Made by a program: the position numbers and the translations under genes | From: Candidatus Abzuiibacterium crystallinum | Lineage (GTDB): Bacteria > Omnitrophota > Omnitrophia > Omnitrophales > Abzuiibacteriaceae | Direction of reading: 5' to 3' | Length of the DNA: 64,000 nt | Assembly (NCBI GenBank): GCA_002787155.1 | Contig: PCVY01000065.1 | Coordinates: 65,286 to 129,285, forward strand | In this document: in pieces, positions 58,356 through 64,000 of the stretch | How positions within the stretch are numbered: the stretch's first letter is position 1 | How the letters are laid out: each line of letters starts with the position of its first letter | Notes under the pieces: model-generated | What the model was told of the DNA's origin: nothing | Database searches by the model: none | The model's input: the letters and a program-made list of their open reading frames with translations, nothing else

Positions 58356-59627
58356 TCAATTTTCTATTTGACCGGTTTCACAGATACGGCTAAGCATTTG
58401 GCCGCTTAATTTGATCCGGCGTTTTTGCGTTTGATAATCGACTGCCACTAGCCCAAATCGGGGGCCAAACCCCCAATGCCATTCAAAATTATCTAAAAGC
58501 GACCAATGCAGATACCCGATGACAGAGGCTCCCTCCATCACGGCACGAGCCACCATGAAAAGGTGCGTTTGGATAAACCGCTCTCTTTGATGATCATCGT
58601 CGGTACAGATGCCATTTTCCGTAATTAAAATGGGTAACTTGAACTTAGATAATGCCATCAAACAATCATAAAGACCTGCCGGGTAAATTTCCCATCCCAT
58701 CATGTTCCGTTCCCCAGTTTCCCGGTGATGTGTTTGTGTGCATACTTCGCCGAATAATTCCCTCGAAAAGGAAGGTTTAAAATGAATAAAGTCCCGTGTG
58801 TAATAATTGAGTCCCCAAAAATCGAGGTAGCGCTTGGAAAATACCCACGGAAATGGAATCATCCGTCCAATCAAGAAAGCATCCGACAAAGAATGGTTAA
58901 AAAGAAAATTGCGCATCCACGTGACAAAACGGTCCTGCCAAGATTGGGGCCGACAGGGTGAAAAGATAAGCATGTGTTTGGCCAAACCGACCAATGGATG
59001 TTTGTTGAGTGGCTGATAAATTTGGTGGATCGTTTTATAAGCTTCAACGTGTGCGCGAAGCAGCGAACGAAAAGCGCGGAAAGCAGAGACGATTGATTTT
59101 TCGCCGGGAGGCCAGACACCTATTACGAAACCTTGATAAAGATAAACCATGGGTTCATTAATCGTTATCCAATAGCGCACGCCGAGAGGCGCCAAGGCAG
59201 TGACAACTTCGGTTACAAAACGGTTAAAAAAATAAACGGCTTGCTTTTGCTTCCAACCGCCTTTGCTGCTAAACCAAATGGGATTGGTAAAATGATGAAG
59301 TGTGATGACAGGCTCAAGATTTCTTGCTTGGAGTGCGCGCACCACCTCTTGATAATGCTGAATAGCTTCTTGATTAAATTTACCTTCTTCCGGCTCAATT
59401 CGGCTCCATTCGATAGAAAAACGGTGTGCTTTGTGATTAAGCACTTTCGCAATATCAAAATCTTCCTGAAACCGCACATAATGATCACAAGCAGCGCCGG
59501 AAACATTTTTGGTTTTCCCTGCCTGCTCCCACTGCCACCAATCGTTCAATTGATTATTGCCTTCTACTTGATGAGCAGATGTGGCAGCCCCCCACAAAAA
59601 ATCACTTGGGAACTTCATTGAGTTCAT
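58356..59627 (-). CDS. Glycoside hydrolase family 1 beta-glucosidase
   Basis: N-terminal FPSDFLWGAATSAHQVEG, acid/base TINEP-type motif (ITINEPMV) and nucleophile motif ITENG. Confidence 0.85.
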   Translation of the reverse strand: MNSMKFPSDFLWGAATSAHQVEGNNQLNDWWQWEQAGKTKNVSGAACDHYVRFQEDFDIAKVLNHKAHRFSIEWSRIEPEEGKFNQEAIQHYQEVVRALQARNLEPVITLHHFTNPIWFSSKGGWKQKQAVYFFNRFVTEVVTALAPLGVRYWITINEPMVYLYQGFVIGVWPPGEKSIVSAFRAFRSLLRAHVEAYKTIHQIYQPLNKHPLVGLAKHMLIFSPCRPQSWQDRFVTWMRNFLFNHSLSDAFLIGRMIPFPWVFSKRYLDFWGLNYYTRDFIHFKPSFSRELFGEVCTQTHHRETGERNMMGWEIYPAGLYDCLMALSKFKLPILITENGICTDDDHQRERFIQTHLFMVARAVMEGASVIGYLHWSLLDNFEWHWGFGPRFGLVAVDYQTQKRRIKLSGQMLSRICETGQIEN

Positions 59628-59647
59628 GTTGTTTAACTATCCGGAAA

Positions 59648-61867
59648 TTAAGATTTCTGTATTATTTTTAATAACATCTTTGGCCATTGTACAGTTGTGA
59701 TAAAAATAAAAACGACTAGCGCAGCTAAAGGTGTGGTGACGGCTCCAAGCAAGACCATCACACCGAACCGTTGCGTGGGTGGAAATTGAGAAAGCGCAAA
59801 AATGCCAAACCCGGCGCCAATGATAACTGAAGTATAAAGAATTGGACGCCAAAGATGCGCTGAGGCTTCTCTCCAACTTAACCACGCCGTTATTTGGTTT
59901 CGGTAATTTCTCCTGACATAAAGAAGCAGGTGGATCATGGCGTCCACCGCAATGCCTATTGAAATATTCACGGCTGGTGCCGCAATAACATCAAGCGGTA
60001 TATGACAATACCCCAGAAAACCTAAAACGGTTGCGGGGATCATCGCTAAACTAAAGAACATGGCGAACGATATTTTGACGGATCGACTCAAGAACCAACT
60101 CATACAGATAAACAACCCGAGCAATAGAATCATTCCCGAGATAAGACTCGATGTCACTAGCTTTGCCATGCGTCCTTGCAAACTGTAAACCCCGCCCAAT
60201 AAAAATGGTTTGAGCTTATGCTCCGTTACAATATTTTCAAGTCGTTTAATGATTTCGGTTCTGCGCCCCTGACGTCCTGTCTCCCGCATCCGAAGCATTA
60301 AAAGTGCTTTTTCACGATCCTCTGTCACAAAATATTTAGCTGCTTTACCAAATCTTTCGGTCTCCAACAAGTCAATAAGCCATTCCATGGTCAACACGCG
60401 TGCAATCACATTGGTTTGAGCTTGGGCCAAGAGAATAGGAAGTGAAACAGCGCTTCCAACCTCTTGATCTTCTTCTAACGCTTCAGTGACATCCCAGAGT
60501 TTTTCGTATGCTTTCCGCTGGTTAAATTTAAGCTGCTCGGAATCTTCTACCGCTATAAATAAGGGACTGCTTCCTCCATTTTGATCGATGTATTCTAGAC
60601 CTTCTCTCATGGGTGTGCCGACTTTAAAGTAAGCCAATAAACTCGGATCTGTATTTAAACGAAAAAGACCGAACGCAAGAAAGAAAGCAACCACCGTTAA
60701 GCCGAAGAAGATGTTCGTGTGGCGGCGATAAAAAAAGGGTTCAAGATTTTTTTCTACCGGCACCACGTTTTTATGTGTCTCATTGGTATGACGTGCCACC
60801 AAAAACATTGGGAAAATAAGATAGGCGCAAAGAAATGAGATCGCCGTCCCTATAGCACCGGCAGCGCCTAATTGTCTTAGTGGTTCTGCCTTAACTAATT
60901 GCAGACTCCAAAAACCTAAGAAAGTGGTCAGCATGCTCCAAAACGATGCTTGAAATGTCATTTGAATCGCTTGCAGAACCAATGAAGAGGGGTGAGCGCG
61001 GCCTGCTGAATGACATTGTTTCCAATTAAAAGTTAAGAAGATCATGTGTGATAGCGTTAATACAAACACGATGGTAGAAAGATTGGCGGTTAAAGGCCCT
61101 GTTGCAATTCCGCTTACCTGAGAAATGATCAGCGTAATCATGCCGGCATTTAAACAAGTTAATAACGTGCCGAATAAAATACGAATTGAACGAAAAACAA
61201 AAATAAGAATGGCGCCAAAAACCACAAATGCCGCTAAAGTGAACACTTTTAGATCTTGAAATAAGCTGCGGCGGAGCAGTTCTGTGATGTACGGCTCTCC
61301 CGAAATCATTAATTCGAAATCATCGGCGTTATTTTGTTTAACTATATTTTCAATTTTGGGAATCAACTCTTCAGAAGAAACTTTCTTAATAAACAAAATG
61401 ATTAAAGTCGACTTTCCATCTTTTGACACCAGAACACGCGACCAAAGGGGCCCTTCTTGGGCCTTTTCCATATTGCCGGGACCGTTTGAAATCGATTGCA
61501 CACTAATCACCTCCTCCAGACTAATCAACTGATCTGAAAGAGTTTTGACTTTGCTTAAATAAGGGTCTGATTCGACGGGGCCCTTGGCGCTGATGATTAA
61601 CTGCGGTTGCTGGGCAAAAAGTTTCTGAATCTCCTTTTCTTCCTGCATTTGAGGATCATGACTCGAAAAAAAGAAGTTTTCTCCGATTTGTGGTTTTAAA
61701 TTAACAATACTGACAAAGAGCGTGAAGCTGATAATCGTAAAAAGACTGCCAACTAATATGGGCGCTGAAAACTTGATGGAATGCCGTTTCAGAGGGATAA
61801 GAAATTCTTGTTCTAGGAAATGGGATATGCGAAGTTGTGCTTCTTTTTTAAATCGGCTTAAATTCAT
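59648..61867 (-). CDS. MMPL/RND-superfamily exporter-like membrane protein
   Basis: 739 aa with two 6-TM bundles, each preceded by a large extracytoplasmic loop. No RND signature more specific than this architecture. Confidence 0.55.
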   Translation of the reverse strand: MNLSRFKKEAQLRISHFLEQEFLIPLKRHSIKFSAPILVGSLFTIISFTLFVSIVNLKPQIGENFFFSSHDPQMQEEKEIQKLFAQQPQLIISAKGPVESDPYLSKVKTLSDQLISLEEVISVQSISNGPGNMEKAQEGPLWSRVLVSKDGKSTLIILFIKKVSSEELIPKIENIVKQNNADDFELMISGEPYITELLRRSLFQDLKVFTLAAFVVFGAILIFVFRSIRILFGTLLTCLNAGMITLIISQVSGIATGPLTANLSTIVFVLTLSHMIFLTFNWKQCHSAGRAHPSSLVLQAIQMTFQASFWSMLTTFLGFWSLQLVKAEPLRQLGAAGAIGTAISFLCAYLIFPMFLVARHTNETHKNVVPVEKNLEPFFYRRHTNIFFGLTVVAFFLAFGLFRLNTDPSLLAYFKVGTPMREGLEYIDQNGGSSPLFIAVEDSEQLKFNQRKAYEKLWDVTEALEEDQEVGSAVSLPILLAQAQTNVIARVLTMEWLIDLLETERFGKAAKYFVTEDREKALLMLRMRETGRQGRRTEIIKRLENIVTEHKLKPFLLGGVYSLQGRMAKLVTSSLISGMILLLGLFICMSWFLSRSVKISFAMFFSLAMIPATVLGFLGYCHIPLDVIAAPAVNISIGIAVDAMIHLLLYVRRNYRNQITAWLSWREASAHLWRPILYTSVIIGAGFGIFALSQFPPTQRFGVMVLLGAVTTPLAALVVFIFITTVQWPKMLLKIIQKS

Positions 61868-61970
61868 ATTAAAACGTATAGTATCCTGATCGGGTTTTAA
61901 GCGCCATTCAATATTTTACTCATGAAACCTTTCTTTTAAATGAATACTTTGTACCTATTTAGCCTACTCA

Positions 61971-62006
61971 AAAAAAGTGCCAAGCAAAGTTTGCCTGGCA
62001 CTTTTA
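61971..62006 (-). terminator. Rho-independent terminator for the 62033-62716 gene
   Basis: On the minus strand: AGTGCCAGGCAAActTTGCTTGGCACT followed by TTTTTTT. Confidence 0.65.
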
Positions 62007-62032
62007 AAAAACCATCTTAAATAATGAACGAT

Positions 62033-62716
62033 TTATTCGACTAAGGCAGACCAAGCCCAAGTGCCGTTCATCGGATACCCCGGATTGTCCGGAGGATTCG
62101 GAACTAAACAAGTATATACGCTTCCGAAACCATAAATTTCCCGGCTCCACCAAAACCAAAAACCTTTCCCGAGACCCGCTAAAACATTGCCTTCGCGCGC
62201 GCCTTTTAAGGTTTGCCCAGGCAATTCGGCAATGCCTAAAAGCCCGTCTGAGAATCCGTGAAGCAGCTTGCGTCCGATAGGCTTCACACCTTCAGCCAAG
62301 GAAGGTTTGAAAAGATCATATTGTTCGCCCATTTGCCAAGGATATTCGGCATCAAACGGAATACCAACGCCTTCATTATCAGCCGGGTTTGCCATCCAAA
62401 AGCCAACAAGTTCCAATCCGCCCCAACCCACACGACCAGCAGCATGACCTATCCCGCGAAAGAACCCTAGGATAGTGCCAACGGTTTTTGACCCTACGTT
62501 ATTTTTAATCAAACCGAATCCTTTGTCATATCCCTTGTAAATTTGCATGGGAATTTCGACAACTCCTGTCACCATGTTGACACCGCCACGCACGGCTTTA
62601 TGTACCATTCCTGACGGAATGTTGTCGGTGGCAGCATAGAGAGGCGGTGCAACGAGCAGTAGAGCAAGAATTGCTCCGATCAATTTTTGCATAAATCCTC
62701 CTTTGGCATCTAACAC
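62033..62716 (-). CDS. Secreted Gly/Trp-rich protein, unknown
   Basis: Signal peptide from the internal MQKLIGAILALLLVAPPLYAA. No known motifs. Confidence 0.5.
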   Translation of the reverse strand: MLDAKGGFMQKLIGAILALLLVAPPLYAATDNIPSGMVHKAVRGGVNMVTGVVEIPMQIYKGYDKGFGLIKNNVGSKTVGTILGFFRGIGHAAGRVGWGGLELVGFWMANPADNEGVGIPFDAEYPWQMGEQYDLFKPSLAEGVKPIGRKLLHGFSDGLLGIAELPGQTLKGAREGNVLAGLGKGFWFWWSREIYGFGSVYTCLVPNPPDNPGYPMNGTWAWSALVE

Positions 62717-62804
62717 GTTAAGCTATACACCTCATCGTTAGTTTGTCATTAATACTTTAGGTAATTATAGATGTAATCTCAGCGGGGATTGTTTCGGCCA
62801 AAGG

Positions 62805-62838
62805 CCGTCAGCCAGAGGACTGATTCGTCCTCTGACGG
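62805..62838. repeat. Family B hairpin element, copy 2
   Basis: CCGTCAG(cc)AGAGGACtgattcGTCCTCTGACGG. Relative to copy 1, the C-G pair is replaced by T-A at the same stem position, a compensatory change. The downstream flank (…AAAGTTAACTCCACG) also resembles the copy-1 flank (…GAGAGTTTTACTTCATACACC). Confidence 0.65.
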
Positions 62839-63217
62839 AAAAGTTAACTCCACGATGGCAATTATATGAAATTGAAAGGCGCCAATGCTTGTGGCCGAAT
62901 TTCTTAAGATTGCCTGTCCTATTTTCTCCTATACAAAATCTCCTTTTCTTTGTTCTCAATCAACCCCATTGACTTTTGACCCGCCCGGTATATACTTCTT
63001 CCATTCACGGAGGATGTTAATCCGAAATATTCCTATCAAGATGTTTTAACGATGACCGTTAGAATATCGAAAATCAGGTAGCAGATTGAAACATTAAGTT
63101 TCTCTCTGACGGAAACAAGCCAAAGCCTTTTAATTTTGAGTTGCTGGTCCCTTATCCAAGGGAGTGGTGGCATAAAATTAAGAGGCTTTTTTTATGTGAA
63201 CAGAAAGGAAGAATAAA

Positions 63218-63496
63218 ATGAAGAAGTTTAAATTAATAGCTTTGACATTGCTCTTGGTATTGGTGGCCTTACAAACCGCTGCCATGGCTGAAACCATTGA
63301 GGGTAAAGTGGCGTCTGTTAATGCTGAAACAAGCGAAATAGAAGTCATCGCCAATGGGGACAGTTATTGGGTCGCGTATGACAGCAGCACCAAATGGCCG
63401 GAAGGTGTTACAAAGCCGGATGAGTTGGTTGATTCAATGGTTAAAATTGATGCCGATGATATCAGCTACATCGCATCAAGCGTTGAAAAGATGTAA
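63218..63496 (+). CDS. Small secreted protein, unknown
   Basis: 92 aa with a signal peptide (MKKFKLIALTLLLVLVALQTAAMA) and a good SD (AAAGGAAG). Confidence 0.55.
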   Translation: MKKFKLIALTLLLVLVALQTAAMAETIEGKVASVNAETSEIEVIANGDSYWVAYDSSTKWPEGVTKPDELVDSMVKIDADDISYIASSVEKM

Positions 63497-63683
63497 TGAT
63501 TGAAACGAAGCGTTCTTTAAAAACCCTTTCGAAGGGTCGCCTAATTCTGTTGCTTCACGGAAATGGGGGGGCTAATTTGCGAACTCTCTTAAATGAGAGA
63601 AGGGCTAATCTGCGGCCCGAGCGTTTAATAGCCGCCCCATAGGCGTTGCAGATTGTTTTACTTGCTCATTCAAAAATTTTTAA

Positions 63684-64000
63684 ATGTTAACCATCGCGCT
63701 TCTTACTTTATCTAACTTTTTCATGACATTTGCCTGGTACGGCCATTTACGTTATAAACAAGCCGCCTTGTGGAAAGTCATCATTATTTGTTGGTTAATC
63801 GCATTTATCGAATATTGTTTTCAGGTGCCGGCGAATCGCATCGGTTCTTATCAATTCACCACCGTCCAGTTAAAAACCATTCAAGAAATCATTTCGCTTG
63901 TGGTTTTTTCTATCTTTTCGGTTTGTTATCTTCGTGAAGAAATGAGACTCAACACGTTGGTTGGATTTTGCTTCTTGGCAGCTGCGGCATTCTTTATTTT
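63684..64000 (+). CDS. DMT-superfamily membrane protein, DUF486-like (3' end outside the window)
   Basis: The N-terminus MLTIALLTLSNFFMTFAWYGHLRYK… resembles the DUF486 N-terminal signature (…SN.FMTFAWYGHL). Open to the window end. Absent from the track because there is no stop codon in the window. Confidence 0.5.
   Translation, partial: MLTIALLTLSNFFMTFAWYGHLRYKQAALWKVIIICWLIAFIEYCFQVPANRIGSYQFTTVQLKTIQEIISLVVFSIFSVCYLREEMRLNTLVGFCFLAAAAFFI

Noticed and set aside
62765-62959. 64-aa ORF in the 62717-63217 divergent intergenic region
   Set aside because: It overlaps the family B hairpin. It is Arg/Cys-rich and low in complexity, with no RBS. More likely non-coding regulatory DNA.

Overview
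This 64 kb window is a gene-dense bacterial chromosomal segment that is mostly housekeeping and almost entirely co-linear on the minus strand. I found no rRNA, tRNA, CRISPR array, transposase, integrase or prophage signal, so this is core genome rather than an obvious mobile island.

Recognisable genes run from the 3' end of atpD plus atpC, through a nuoJKLMN block and a porin-like beta-barrel, to two conserved runs: rnhB-rplS-trmD-rpsP and murA-prmC-prfA-rpmE-rho-coaE-polA. After that come pilT, an Rnf-like cluster (rnfC, rnfD and small membrane proteins), mnmA, bioD-bioA, mutY, a YgfZ-like folate-binding protein, trkA-trkH, an H+-pyrophosphatase, cysK, a family-4 uracil-DNA glycosylase, a second PilT-like ATPase, glutaredoxin, a LOR/SDH-like protein, glpK, metF, a GT2 glycosyltransferase, an RsmB-like methyltransferase, a marR-OMF-RND efflux operon, hpf, a GH1 beta-glucosidase and an MMPL-like transporter.

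Three features point to a Chlamydiae/PVC-like organism, though this is inference only: rpsP-trmD-rplS-rnhB without rimM, rpmE-prfA-prmC adjacency, and a Lys-rich C-terminal tail on L31.

The most notable unexplained content:
- A 1393-aa secreted protein with two tandem ~210-aa internal repeats and no recognisable domains, sitting next to a polytopic GT-C/DUF2079-like membrane protein and an upstream 10-bp perfect palindrome.
- A reduced Rnf-like module: RnfC, a short RnfD, an unannotated 34-aa single-TM peptide, and two divergent small membrane proteins. No RnfG or RnfB is present.
- Three families of short dispersed palindromic elements: GGGGTCAGACCC-type hairpins at 7 or more loci, a CCAGAGGAC-hairpin with a compensatory base change between its two copies, and an ~80-nt element in 3 copies.
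- An unannotated 57-aa highly basic ORF with a strong RBS, next to a 20-bp perfect inverted repeat.
- An OMF-RND operon with no membrane-fusion (adaptor) gene.

Start codons follow the six-frame track, except where I state a refined start.
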